The translations under genes were made by a program, and so were the position numbers. From assembly GCA_964016885.1 (NCBI GenBank), contig OZ024740.1:243164001-243228000 (forward strand): a DNA stretch of 64,000 nt, given 5' to 3'. This DNA is from Eledone cirrhosa. Taxonomy: Eukaryota. Below the pieces are notes generated by a model. The model saw only the letters and a program-made list of their open reading frames with translations, was not told the DNA's origin and searched no databases. This document shows, in pieces, positions 1-11,949 of the stretch (its first letter is position 1; each line of letters opens with the position of its first letter).

Positions 1-700
1 GAAGATCATGAGTGTAGAGAGAGGAGTTGACAGGTTTAAGTGTAAAGAGAGCTGGACAATCATCAACAAGATCACAGAGAGAAAGAGAGGGATTTCAATT
101 CAGATCTGGGGGAACAGGGCCCAAGGATAGGAAGAGGAAGTGGCTGAACCATTTTAAGACCCTACTAGGAAAGCCACCTTCCACAGCCCAGAACACCAAG
201 GATCAGACAGCTATTTGAGGAACTGGATATTGAGACAGAACCCTTCACCAGAGAGGAGCTTCAGAGAGCCAAGGAGAAGATCAAGGAGAGTAAGGCCCAT
301 GGAGAAGATGGAGTGGCATCTGAGGTGATGGAGAGGTGTGATTTTCATGATACCATCCTGGAGTTCTGTAACCAGGCACTGGAGAAAGGAGATTCCCCGG
401 ATCAGTAACATCGTCCCAATACCAAAGAAAGGAAATCTCTCTAGCACCAACAACTACAGGGGGATCTCACTGACATCACTTGTGGCAAAGACCCTCAACA
501 GGATGATTCTTAACAGGATCCAGCCCGAGATAGAGAAGAAGCTCCAGAGAGGGAAGATCAACCACAAGTTACTTCTTGATGCTGAGGAGAATTCTGGAGG
601 GAGCTAGAGCAAAAAGCTTTCCCACTGTCATGGTTTTTATTGACTTCAGGAAGGCTTTTGATTCTGTGGACCGAGACTGCCTGATGAAGATCTTACAGGT
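1..700 (+). mobile_element. Degenerate non-LTR retrotransposon RT fragment (RTE-superfamily, related to the 26.8-29.7 kb element)
   Basis: Frameshifted translations give KWLNHFKTLLGKPP, IVPIPKKGNLSSTNNYRGISLTSLVAKTLNRMILNRI and FIDFRKAFDSVDR (early RT motifs). The fragment ends next to the tail of the CR1 element. Confidence 0.8.
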
Positions 701-711
701 TACATCCCTAA

Positions 712-3700
712 GATAGTAATAATGTAATAATAATAATGAAATATTGTGTACAGTGTTCAGGTGCACTACAACTCATCAAAAAGTGTATGTATAGTACATA
801 GGGTAATGTACAAACGTCAGGAAAATGAACAGTGCATGAGTCATGATATACACATGTGTGCATATGTATGGAAGGAGTACATCAGGTGTAGTTTTGGCGA
901 ATTTCGGGAAGCATGAGGGTTTTAAAGGATTCAGTGTCTCAGCAGCTAACAACTGACACAGGCAGTTTGTTCCATGCTTCAGCAACTCTGAGCATGAAAA
1001 AATGTTTCCAAAAGTCATGGGAGCTGTGCTGTTTTCTGATTTTGTAGGCATGTCCACATGTGTTAGACACATGGAGATCAAAAAGGTGCTCAGGGTTGTT
1101 GTTGGCGAGATGGTTAATAACTTTGTGGGTGTTTACCAAGTCCATTGCCAGACGTCGGAGCTTCAATGAATCCATGCCCAGGGAAGCAAGGCGTTCAGAG
1201 TATGGTAGGTGTTTGATGGAGGATATGCGCTTGGTCGCATGTCTCTGAACAGTTTCCAGGAGGTCAATGTTCTGAGCAAGATAGGGGTTCCAGACTGATG
1301 ATGCGAATTCCACGTGTGATCGTACCATAGCTGTATACAGCTTTAAATAGATGGCTGGAGAGCGGCTAACAAAGGCCTTGCTGAGTGATGCCAAGACACA
1401 CTCGGCCCTCTTGACAATCTTAGATACATGCTTTGGCCAACGCAAATCGCTGCTGACAGTAATGCCCAGGTCACGTTCACAAGAGGACTTCTTGATATCA
1501 GTGTTGTAGAAGGAGTATGTGGACGCTGGATTTTTCCTCCCAAAATGCATGGTGGTACACTTGTCCACAGCCAGCTTCAGTTGCCAGTCTGTGATACATT
1601 GCTGCATTGTGTCCAGGTCTGATTGTAGGAAAGAGTTGTAGATTTCAGAATCAGTCCTTTTGATTTCAAGGTACAGCTTGATGTCATCTGCATATTTCAG
1701 TACAGTGGCATTCTTTAAGTTGGCATCTATGTCATTAATATATGCCACAAACAAAAGGGGACCAAGAACAGATCCCTGTGGTACACCAGATGACATCTCA
1801 TATGGTGAAGAATGCTGTCCTAGAACCGTGACTACCTCTTTTCGGCTGAGAATGAAGGATTTCAACCAGTTAAAAAGATCATCCCTCACACCCATTGCAG
1901 AGAGTTTTGCCATAAGTCTTTTGTGTGGCACAGAATTAAAAGCCTTAGCGAAGTCAAGGTAAACAACATCCACCCATGAGCCGCTGTCGGTGATCCGGGT
2001 AATGTCTTCAAGGAACTCGATAAGCTGATCAATCACAGCAGCTGGAGTTAAGGATAAATCCAAACTGCAAGGGCCGGATGAGGCTGTGAGAGCTCCAGAA
2101 GTTCCACAGGATTCCAACAGTTTGGCAATACAGCTAGTAAGACTGACTGGACGATAGTTGACAGGTGACATGCGGTTGCCCTTTTTGAACAGGGGAATGA
2201 CACTGGCAGTTTTCCACTGCTCCGGAGTAGCACCATTGTTGAGACAGTATTGAAAGAAGAATAAAAGCTGGTGCAAAAGGAAGTACCCGCCATGTTTGAG
2301 AAGCAGGTATGTATAACCATCAAGACCAGGGAGGCATAGTTGCGCTTATTCTTAAGGTCGCAACATTGCAGGTGTAAATTCCATAGTTGTTATGGAATTT
2401 GATGTTAGAGATGGTGGAGATGGTACATTCTGGTTTTCAACAGTAAAAATACTTGCATAGCACTCAGCAATGAGCTCTGCGCATTCTTTGGGATCGTCAG
2501 TGATCTGACTTGTGTGGAGATTGCGAAGAGGACCAACTGGAGAGTGAGGTCTCTGCTTTGAATGAACATATTTCCAGAACACCTTACTGTCAGGATTGGT
2601 TGCTATGCACTGTTCAAATTCAAGCACTGCCTTTTTTGTCACTTGCTTGAGATGGTTGGAAGATTTATTCTGCTTTTTTCTGTTGGCATCTGATTTATGC
2701 AGTGTATATTCCCGTTCAGCATTCCAACGTTCTTTCCTGGCAAGTCGGACCGCTGAAGTTTCCCAAATTGCACTTTTGGGGTGGGTTTTTTCTGCATAAG
2801 TGGCACCGATGCTACACAAGCTATCCATATTGAGTCCAGGATGCTCTGGAGTATAGTGTTCACATCTCCAGAGTTATAGAACTCCGGCCAGTTTGGGCGC
2901 TGTAGATCAGTGCAGTACAAGTTCCAATCTGCTTTCTTCCAATCAAAGCAAGCAGACTGGAGATGGTTCTGGTTTTTGTTGCTGCCTGCAAGAGCCAGAT
3001 TGGCAATGATCATAGCATGATCAGTCACCTAGAGGTTCCTCAGTAGTACAACTGATAACCACTTCAGGAGTAGTGGTGAAGATCAGGTCCAAAGTGTTGT
3101 CACCTCTTGTTGGAGAGGTGACTACTTGTGACCACTTTGAGTCCAGCACTAGCTCAAGGAAATCGTTTACACATTGTGGCCAACGAAAGGTTTTCCAATC
3201 GATCTCAGGATGATTGAAGTCACCTGCAATAAACACATAAGTGGCTGTTTTCCTGGCAGCAGCTCTGAGGATATTGCAAAGCTGTGTGTCCTGATGGTAG
3301 TTTGGGGGGGCAATAAACAACACCAAGCAGAAGTGTTGACATGGTCATACATATGTCACAAAAAGAAACTTCTTGTGATTCATTCAAATCAACGCAAGGA
3401 ATTACCGAAAAGTTTGAACGAACGTAGACCATCACATCACCACCACGGCGATTAATGCGGTCCTTGCGGAAAAGGTTGTACCCAGTAATGCTGAAAACCC
3501 CATCACAGAGTAAGGAGTGTGCCCATGTTTCCGTGATTGTGATGAAGTCAGGGTCGATGCTTCTGACGTAGGAGTTAAACAGATGTATCTTGTTGCATAA
3601 ACTGCGAGCATTTAAGGACAACAATTTGTACCCTGCTTGCAGTTTATGATGGTGTGTAGAGGATGGCAGGTTGTTCTGGTTTAGTTTCCCAGAGTTGTTG

Positions 3701-4935
3701 CAGTTTTTTCATTGCCAGTTATTGTGGGTAGAGCACACTCAGACCAGCTGGTATCTCTCTTCCACGTTTCACCAGCCTTAACAAACCTCCAGATCTGCCC
3801 ATCATCACGCAGAATAAAACTTTCATGTTGTGCTGAGTTCCGATTCAAGGAAGCTGCAGCACATAGCTTTGGACGTACATGGGGTGGTAAGCCTGGGCAT
3901 GTTCGGAAGGTAATTCGATTTTCACGCCCAGCTTTAACAGAGGCCAGATGATATGAAATTGCCTCAGCGGGGTCCGAAAAAACAGCCTGATGAGTCTGGG
4001 TTTTGGACCAGGTCGACCAAGGCGGAGAACACCCTTTGGGGGAACACAGCCTAGGTCTTTGGCTGAGCTGGCAGCAAATGCATGAAGATCAGCCTTGTCC
4101 TCTGGTACCCCAATGGCAATTACTTCATGGGTAGCAGATTCCGCAGTCTTCTCAGTGTGCCCAGATACAGCAAGAGGTACAGGGAGATTCTTTAGCAAGG
4201 CATTCCGATAAGACCCCTCATTGTGGCGTCCTACCCGAATGCTTGCTTTTATTCCTGTTACTTCCCTTCTTAAAGCAGAAATCATTAGTTGCAATTCTGC
4301 AAAATCTGTACTGGTCGGTTGTTGTTGTTGTTGTTGCTGTTGCTGTTGTTGGTGGTGGTGGTGATGATGATGATGTTCCTCCACGGGAATGGTAGGGGAA
4401 GAGACAGTCGCCGGTTGTTGGTGTCGAGATGTACTGGGAGCAGAAGACATGGGTTGTTGTTGTTTCCTATGTTCTTCCACAGGAATAGCAGCAGAAGCCA
4501 GTGTCATAGGTTTTTGCCGTTGTTCAGTAACAACGGTAGAGGAAGATACAGTCATCGTTTTTTTTTGTTGTTGTTGTTGTTTTTCAATAACATTGGTGGA
4601 AGCACACAGGCCAGACACTGAAAGGACCAGGACTTTAGCTGGACCATCTCCCTGAGTCCATCCATCATAGCAATATGATGTCTCTTTTTTTGGCCTGGGA
4701 TCCTCCGGAAGCCTGTGGCGCATTGAAGGCAGACAGAGATGCGACAGGTTCCACATTCGACCCAGCGATTACAGAACAAGTTTTCGGGTTCCGTACAAAT
4801 ATGGCAGGTGTGATTTTCTGGGCAATGTTCTATTTTGGAACATCGACCAGTTATGTCGCATACTTCATCCATGGATATCACCATGGCAATTTTGTTATTT
4901 CTGCCCATCCGTAGAAAAACACAGAATGTAAACAT
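712..4935 (-). mobile_element. Near full-length degenerate CR1-clade LINE (ORF1 with PHD finger, ORF2 APE endonuclease plus RT, (ATT)n tail)
   Basis: APE motifs LSLNARSL, ITETW, IAGDFNHP and DNTLDLIF (3021-3624). RT motifs VYLDFAKAF, GVPQGSVLGP and KYADD, with a CR1-typical C-terminus LPYSERL...LRRLAMDL...RVAEAWNKLP (939-2276). Many frameshifts. TAA repeats at ~715-737 read as an (ATT)n tail on the minus strand. Confidence 0.9.
3845..4935 (-). pseudogene. CR1 ORF1: PHD-like finger, Q/H-rich low-complexity linker, coiled coil, RRM-like part
   Basis: CHIC...WVECGTC...VCLQC...WSFQCLAC in ORF 4552-4935 continues by frameshift into ORF 3845-4756, which has polyQ/H, FAELQLMISALRREV and VLRLGRPGPKPRLIRL. 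Confidence 0.75.
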
Positions 4936-5069
4936 TAGCGAACTTGATTACAATAGAAATAAAATGTCTGTTTTTTGTTATATTTTATATTACAAAGATA
5001 AAACATGATCGCGTTGTAAAAACCTTTGTGCAGGCCCCTGGTATACTTGTAAAGCGCCACATGTTTGAT

Positions 5070-5300
5070 ATGCCTGATTTAGTGGATAGGATCTTCTGGT
5101 TATGATCTTAATGATTGTGAGTTTAATTCCACGGTGATGCATTATGTCTTTTAACAAGATATTTTATTTCACATTGCTTCAGTCTACTCAGTAAGTTATA
5201 CCTATAATTCATAGGGCCAGTGTCACATTGTGTCATGCTGAACCTCCTTAACAACTATGTTAAGGATGTACATAACTGGAACACTTACCAAAACTGAAAC
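5070..5300 (+). mobile_element. Degenerate tRNA-derived SINE (same family as 23760-23995)
   Basis: A-box-like gatttagtgg, then gtcttttaacaagatattttatttcacattgcttcagtctactcag, which matches the reverse complement of ~23925-23970. Confidence 0.55.
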
Positions 5301-5329
5301 ACATTATTATTATAAGATATATATGAAAA

Positions 5330-8300
5330 TGAATATGAATCCGCGAGCTACCAAGCACCCATGTGAAGCTTCAATTCAGAGACAGGAAGGACACGCACAC
5401 CCCTGCAAAAATCGACCCTTCTCCACGGATGTTGACAAATGCCCAAAACTCTGAGTTGGTACCATCAATGTAAGCACAATGAAAGGAAGAGCAGGAGTAA
5501 TCGTAGAGATGCTAGAGTGAAAGGAAATTGATGTATGCTGTGTGCAAGAGACTAGATGGAGAGGAGAGTCTGCTAGAGTCCTTGTAGGAAAAAGTCAGGG
5601 CTACAAATTTTTCTGGATGGGAAATGACGATGGGATGGGTGATGTAGGTATTCTACTAGCTGACAAGTGGGTAGATAAGGTAATCTCAGTGAACAGAGTA
5701 AATGCAAGAATCATTAAACTCAGACTAGTCCTGCATAAAACAATTACCACAATAATATCAGCTTACGCACCCCAATCAGGATTGCCAGACGAAATTAAGG
5801 ATAGGTTTTACGAGTCACTAATGCACACTACTGCTCTAACAAACGACAATGACTTCCTAATCATTGCAGGAGATTTTAACGGGCACATAGGTAAACACTG
5901 TGACGGCTTCAATAGAGTCCATGGAGGCCATGGGGTTGGCACAAGTAATGAAGAAGGATTCAGGCTTCTAGAATTCTACAACGCCAATGACATGTCGATA
6001 TGTAACACAAACTTCAAAGAACCCTGACAACCATCTGATCACCTATAGATCAAGGGAGAATTCTAGTCAGATAAATGTTTATCCTTATCAGAGGACGAGA
6101 TAGATGGAAGGTTGTAAACACAAAAGCCTTCCCTGGTGAGGAATGTACCTCCCAACATAACTTAGTTGTCAGTAACCTCATTGTCAGAACTAGAGTTACT
6201 TGGAAACAGAAGGCAACCTAGAGAAGAAAGACCTCTCAGCCAGTAACAGATTTAAAGATATTTTACTCAACGCCTACGACAGTAAAGAACAGATAGAGAC
6301 ATTCAATGTAGAAGAGCACTGGGAGTTCCTAAAAAATAACTTACTGGAGGCGACGGATGAGATTTGTGGCTGGAGTAAGACGACAGGCAGGAGGAGAGTG
6401 ACTTAGTGGTGGAACAATAAGGTAGATGAGGCAGTTAAGGCCAGGAGACAGGCATGGAAAGAATGGAAGAACGGGGGAAGCAGGGTACATTACATAGAGA
6501 CCAGGAGGGAAGGTAGGTGACAAGTATACTTAGCTAGAAGGGAAGCAGAGGATAGAAAATTTAAGCATGTTTTGCAACGTGAGGACCAGAAACAGGAGGT
6601 GTTCAAGATTGCGAGGCAGTGTGTCAGAGAGAATTGTGATGTCATTGGAGAAAAGTGTATCCGGAATGATAAAGGTGAGCTTGCCCTCACAAGTGCTGAG
6701 AAGAAAGATGCATGGAAGAGCCATTATGATAGATTACTAAATGAGGAGAATGCATGGGAAGAAGAGACACTACCCCAAGTAGACCCTATAGAGGGGCCGG
6801 CAGTACAAGTCAGCAGCAGCGTAGTAAGTAAGTCAATCAAAGATATGAAGATAGGGAAGGCAACCGGTCCATCGGGTATAGCTGCTGAGATGCTGAAGGC
6901 ATCTGGGTCTGTAGGTCACACTATAACCACACGTATTGTTAACCAGGAAATACTAGAAGGTGTCATACCAAAAGATTGGTGCAGTAGCATCTTTGTCAAC
7001 TGCTACAAAGGTAAAGGTGATGCACTAGATAGAGGAAACTATAGAGGTATAAAGCTGATGGACCAGGTCATGAAAGTAACAGAAAGAGTTATAGCACAGT
7101 TGATTAGGGACCGGGTGAAACTAGATGAGATGCAATTTGGGTTTGTACCAGGAAGAGGCACCACTGATGCCCTCTTCCTTGTGAGGCAGTTACAGGAAAA
7201 GTACCTAGCTAAAAGTAAACCACTCTACCTGGCATTCATCGATCTCGAGAAAGCCTTTGACAGAGTTCCACATGCTGTAATCTGGTGGGCTCTTAGAAAA
7301 CTAGGAGTAGATGAATGGCTTGTGAAAGCTGTACAAGCCATGTATAGGGGAGCAGTCAGCAAAGTTAGGATTAGCAATGAGTATAGCGAGGAATTTAGCG
7401 TACTGGTCGGTGTCCACCAGGGCTCTGTTCTTAGCCCTCTCCTGTTCATCATAGTCCTGCAGGCAATAATGGGGGAGTTTAAGACCGGATGTCCATGGGA
7501 ACTCCTGTATGCAGATGACCTTGCACTTATAGCTGAATCTATGGTAGAACTAGAGAAGAAATTCCAAACATGGAAGCAGGGACTAGAAAGAAAGGGTCTC
7601 AAAGTCAACCTGACAAAGACTAAAGTCCTTGTAAGTAGACAAGAAAACAGAACCCAGATCCCCTCAGGGAAATGGCCTTGCTCAGTATGTAGGAATTCCA
7701 TCCTCTGCCCAAAATGCAAACAATGGGTACACAAGAGATGTAGCGGGATCTCAGGAAGCTTAATTAAGAATGTAGGCTTCACATGTAGCAGCTGTGCTGG
7801 GACAGCAAGCAGCAAACAGCCACAGGAAACAAGTACCACCAATCTCTGGGAGGGCTCTGTAGAAACAGTAGACAGCTTCTGGTACCTAGGTGACCCAATT
7901 AGCAGCAGAGGTGGGTGTTCAGAAAGTACAATAACTAGGGTAAGAATGGGATGGAAGAAGTTCAGGGAGCTACTGCCACTGCTAGCTGCAAAAGGCTTTT
8001 CCCTCAAAATGAAAGGCAGACTGTATGATGCGCGTATACGAACAGCAATGTTACATGGTGGTGAGACCTGGGCGCTGAAGGTGGAAGACTTACGTAGATT
8101 AGAAAGAAACGAAGCCTGCATGCTCTGATGGATGTGTAATAGTAATATACGTGAACGGCAAAGCATAAATGGAGAGAGAGACTGAACATAAGAGGAATGA
8201 AATGCTGTGTGCAGGAGAGGCGGTTGCATTGGTATGGACATGTGATGCGTATGAAGGATGACAGCTGCATAAAAAGGTGCAGAGCACTAGAAGTCAATGG

Positions 8301-8565
8301 AAACCGTGGAGTGGGGAGACCCAAGATGACCTGGGATGAGGTGATAAAAGCCGACCTTACCCAATTACACCTCTCAAAGGCGATGACACACAACCGTGAC
8401 CTCTGGCGTCACGCAGTAACACAGAGTACCCTACCTCCCATGGGTACAAGCCAAAGCTGAAGCATATAGACAATATGCCAACCAGACACTGCCCACAACA
8501 GGACAACCCGTCTAACCCATGCTAGCATGGAAGAACAGACGTAAAACGGTGATGATGATGATGAT
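5330..8565 (+). mobile_element. RTE-clade LINE, family A, near full length and decayed
   Basis: APE motifs VQETRW, SAYAPQ and IAGDFNGH (5542-6027). RT ORF 6572-8128 with [19 protein letters not shown] and LLYADD. C-terminus [12 protein letters not shown]...GRPKMTW. Tail ends in (GAT)n at 8549-8564. Several stops and frameshifts. Confidence 0.95.
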
Positions 8566-9092
8566 AAGCTCTACGGTCAAGCTTAAACCATTTCAATGGC
8601 CAAATATACATAGGAGATAGAGATAATGTGAGGGAGAAAAGGATAGAGGGAATGAGAAACAACATATCTGTTATGTGTGAATGTGTGTGTGAGAGAGAGA
8701 GAGAGAGAGATTGTGTGTAATTCACACTGCTGCTATTTGTGTTGGTGGTATTTTAGCAGGAAGTTAGCCTAATCCTTTCCTATTACGTAGCCTTCTGCTG
8801 AGATGTATTTTAATCTATCAATACATAAAGGGAATGATAAGTAGATTATATAACACATATGACAAGATAATCTCCAATAAAGAGTTCCATTTAATCACTA
8901 CTTTGACTCAATAACCTCTAATTTAGAGGTGGGGACCTTTAATTGCTTATTTCCTGAAAACATATTTTTAAAATATATTATATATATATAAATACATTCA
9001 TCCATACATACATCCATACATAAATACATACATATATTTATGTACGCAGTACTACATGGGAAGCTAAAGCATATATGCCTACACACCCTCCC

Positions 9093-9410
9093 TCTGTAAA
9101 GTGGTCATGTAGGTGTCACGACGAAAAGCACCCAGTCCACTCTGTAAAATGGTTGTATAGGTGTCACGACAAAAAGAACCCAGTCTACACTGTAAAGTGG
9201 TCGTGTAGGCGCCACAGTAAACAAGCACCCAGTATTCACTCTAAATGAGGTTGGTGTTAGGAAGGGCATCCAGCTGTAGAAATCAAGCCAAAATCAATTC
9301 CGTATGAGCAAGACATGGTCACCTGACCTGGTATTGCCCACAACAGGACAACCCGTCTAACCCATGCTAGTGTGGAAGAATGGACGTAAAACGGTGATGA
9401 TGATGATGAT
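9093..9410 (+). repeat. Solo RTE 3' UTR and tail (severely 5'-truncated insertion or RTE-dependent SINE)
   Basis: Tandem ~45-bp units (aaaagcacccagtccacactgtaaagtggtcgtgtagg), then aggaagggcatccagctgtagaa and (GAT)n, as at 57000-57280. Confidence 0.85.
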
Positions 9411-9616
9411 ATTTATATATATACATATATATATATTCATATTAACTGATGTTGAGTGCCCTTGAAAATTATTTATAATTTGTATAAAAAATCAAAAAAT
9501 ACTCTATTTTAAATTCTGTTATGACCATATCAGAATGCATGCACCCCTTGTGTTTTAATTTTTGAAATAGTAAAGAATTATAAGTGCTTTAGTGAAATCA
9601 TTAACTTACAACTTAA

Positions 9617-9770
9617 TAATTGTTTCTACTTTTGGCACAAGGCCAGCAATTACCCAGTACATTACTAGTACTTTATTTTATCGACCCTGTAAGGATGAAA
9701 GGCAAAGTTAACCTCGGCAGGATTTGAACTCAGATCGTAAAGGGACGTAACTACGCTGGAAAGCATGTCT
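9617..9770 (-). mobile_element. tRNA-derived SINE, family S1
   Basis: Reverse complement matches 11495-11666, 25517-25697 and 48875-49053: B-box-like gagttcaaatcc, and tttcatccttacggggtcgataaaataaagtac. Confidence 0.85.
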
Positions 9771-10879
9771 GACCAGTAATAAAATACAAATGCTTGTCTA
9801 TTGAAATTTAATGTCATTTTTCTGATTTAGGCACCAGGCCACCAATTTTGGAGGAGAGGCAAGTTGATTAAATCAACAGCAGTAACAACAAATAAAATGC
9901 ATGATCTTCATTCCAACTCTCTGTACTTTGGGTTCAATGCTGGGCCAAGATCATTTTTCATCATTTTGAGGTCAATAAATAAAGTACTTGCTTAACTCTT
10001 TCTTTATATCTCTCTCACTTTCTCTGGAAATAATAGGCTGCATTTAGACCTGGAGAGGATAGGCTCGACCAGGTTTAAATGCCACTATCACTCAATAAAA
10101 AATATAGTGCCAATGGAGTGGAACAATGAAATTTCAATAGAAGATTTGAATTTAATTTTAACACAAATGAAAGTTGTTGAAAAGGTTAAAATCTTTTTAT
10201 GTTTGTTCCACCCCCTCCCTCATTATGTAAATTTTTTACCACATTAGTATAAATGTAATTTTTAAGTCATTTGAAGATAATCCTGAAAATAATTAGCGGA
10301 TTTTTTTTTTTGATTTTTCAATGAAATTAACTTCTAGTTAATTTAATTGTAAGTTCAATGGAGTAGTTGAGTTTATTGTTAATCTAAAAACATTTGTAAA
10401 AAACATTTTTTAAGTATAAAAAAATGATATCAATAAAAAACACTGTTCTAGAAAATAAATTCTAAATAATGGTGTAGTTCCTTCATTTGAATTATATTTT
10501 TTTTAATAATATAACTAATTTCTAATTTATTTTCTTTCAGTACTTTTTATTGAAATTCTCTTTCTCTCTAAATATTAGTGGGGTGTGTGTATGTGTGTGC
10601 GTGTGTGCACGTGAATGCGCGTGTGTGCATGTGCGTGAACACACACACATGCAGGCGTATATACATGCTTAATAACCATACAATCAATTTCATGTAATTA
10701 AACGACAGGACTCTCTCTGCAGAACAAACTCAAATACAGCTCAACTAGTGTCAAATGATTATTGCCTTCTGCCCAGGTTCATATTACAAACAGAAGAAGG
10801 TTGGAGTTACTTATAAAAAATGCTAACATATTAATTTTACTCATTTGCCTTTCAGTAAATTCTTTGTTGACGGCATGTA

Positions 10880-11140
10880 TACCTTTTGATACCAAACTGC
10901 TTAAAACCATCCCTGATTCTATGATACAAAGTTCTTTAGTTGAAAATGTTTATATTTATCCAAAAACCTTCTGTCATGCATTTATATAAGAACCTTTGTT
11001 AAGTTATATCCCAAACAACAGACTATAATGAGGAAGTTCAAAATATTATAAAATCTGTCCAGATTGTTGATTATTTTCAGAAAGATTTGAAATTCCTACT
11101 TAGTGTATTTTGTTAGATATATGGTATCAGAAGATTTCAA
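10880..11140. mobile_element. Degenerate piggyBac-type MITE
   Basis: The ends ccttttgatacca and tggtatcagaag are imperfect inverted repeats. Related to 25970-26180 and to an end at ~16463-16480 (ggtatcaaaagggttaa). Confidence 0.5.
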
Positions 11141-11494
11141 TACATACTAAGACAGCACGAGTGTGGATAATTAGTGAACACTTTTACATGTATACAATTA
11201 ATAAATATATATCCAATCTCCTATGTAAATATACTATGTGGTTAAACCACAGAACTCTCTTTGCAGTATTTTAGTTATTTAATTTTCCCCAGTATTTTGT
11301 TTTACTACCATTGTTTTATTTTCAAAAGTACTATCTATCCATCACTCAAAATACACATATATATCCATGCACAACAACATGCATATACATACAGATTCCT
11401 ATAAATATGTATAAGCACAGGTATGATTACATTTATGCACACATTATATATATATATATAATGTGTGCGTAAATGTAAACATACCTGTGCTTGG

Positions 11495-11661
11495 GGCGGT
11501 AGAGAGTCGGACGCCATGCTTTCCAGCGTAGTTACGTCCCTTTACGATCTGAGTTCAAATCCCGCCGAGGTTAACTTTGCCTTTCATCCTTACGGGGTCA
11601 ATAAAAATAAAGTACCAGTAATGTACTGGGTAATTGCTGGCCTTGTGCCAAAAGTAAAAAC

Positions 11662-11666
<5 letters not shown>
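11495..11666 (+). mobile_element. tRNA-derived SINE, family S1
   Basis: ggcggtagagagtcgg...ctgagttcaaatcccgccgaggttaactttgcctttcatccttacggggtc...ccttgtgccaaaagta. Confidence 0.85.
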
Positions 11667-11696
<30 letters not shown>

Positions 11697-11699
<3 letters not shown>

Positions 11700-11925
11700 T
11701 CATCATTGTTAACTTCTATCTTCCACGCTAGCATGGGTTAGACGAGGAATTGTCCCACTTGAGGTAAGATTGATCGGGTGACCATGTCTCACTTGTATAG
11801 GTCTGTATCTGGCAGGTTTTCTACGGCTGGAGGTCCTTCTTAACACCAACCACATTTACAGTGTGGACTGGGAGCCTTTTTACTGTGTTTCCTACACAAC
11901 CACTTTATAGTGTGGACTGGGTTTT
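11697..11925 (-). repeat. Solo RTE 3' tail
   Basis: (CAT)n followed by the reverse complement of the RTE family B tail at 15600-15790. Confidence 0.8.
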
Positions 11926-11949
11926 TTTATACATATATATATATATGTC

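Noticed and set aside
681-690. CTGATGA motifs inside coding regions (also ~3987 and ~56021)
   Set aside because: They lie within retrotransposon coding sequence, with no correctly placed GAAA or helices.
7225-8241. Long antisense ORFs over RTE copies (also 55734-56849, 14843-15256 and 63563-63955)
   Set aside because: They are shadows of the sense RT frame and carry no recognisable domains.
9093-9260. Regularly spaced repeats resembling a CRISPR array
   Set aside because: There are no unique spacers or cas genes. They are tandem units of the RTE 3' UTR.
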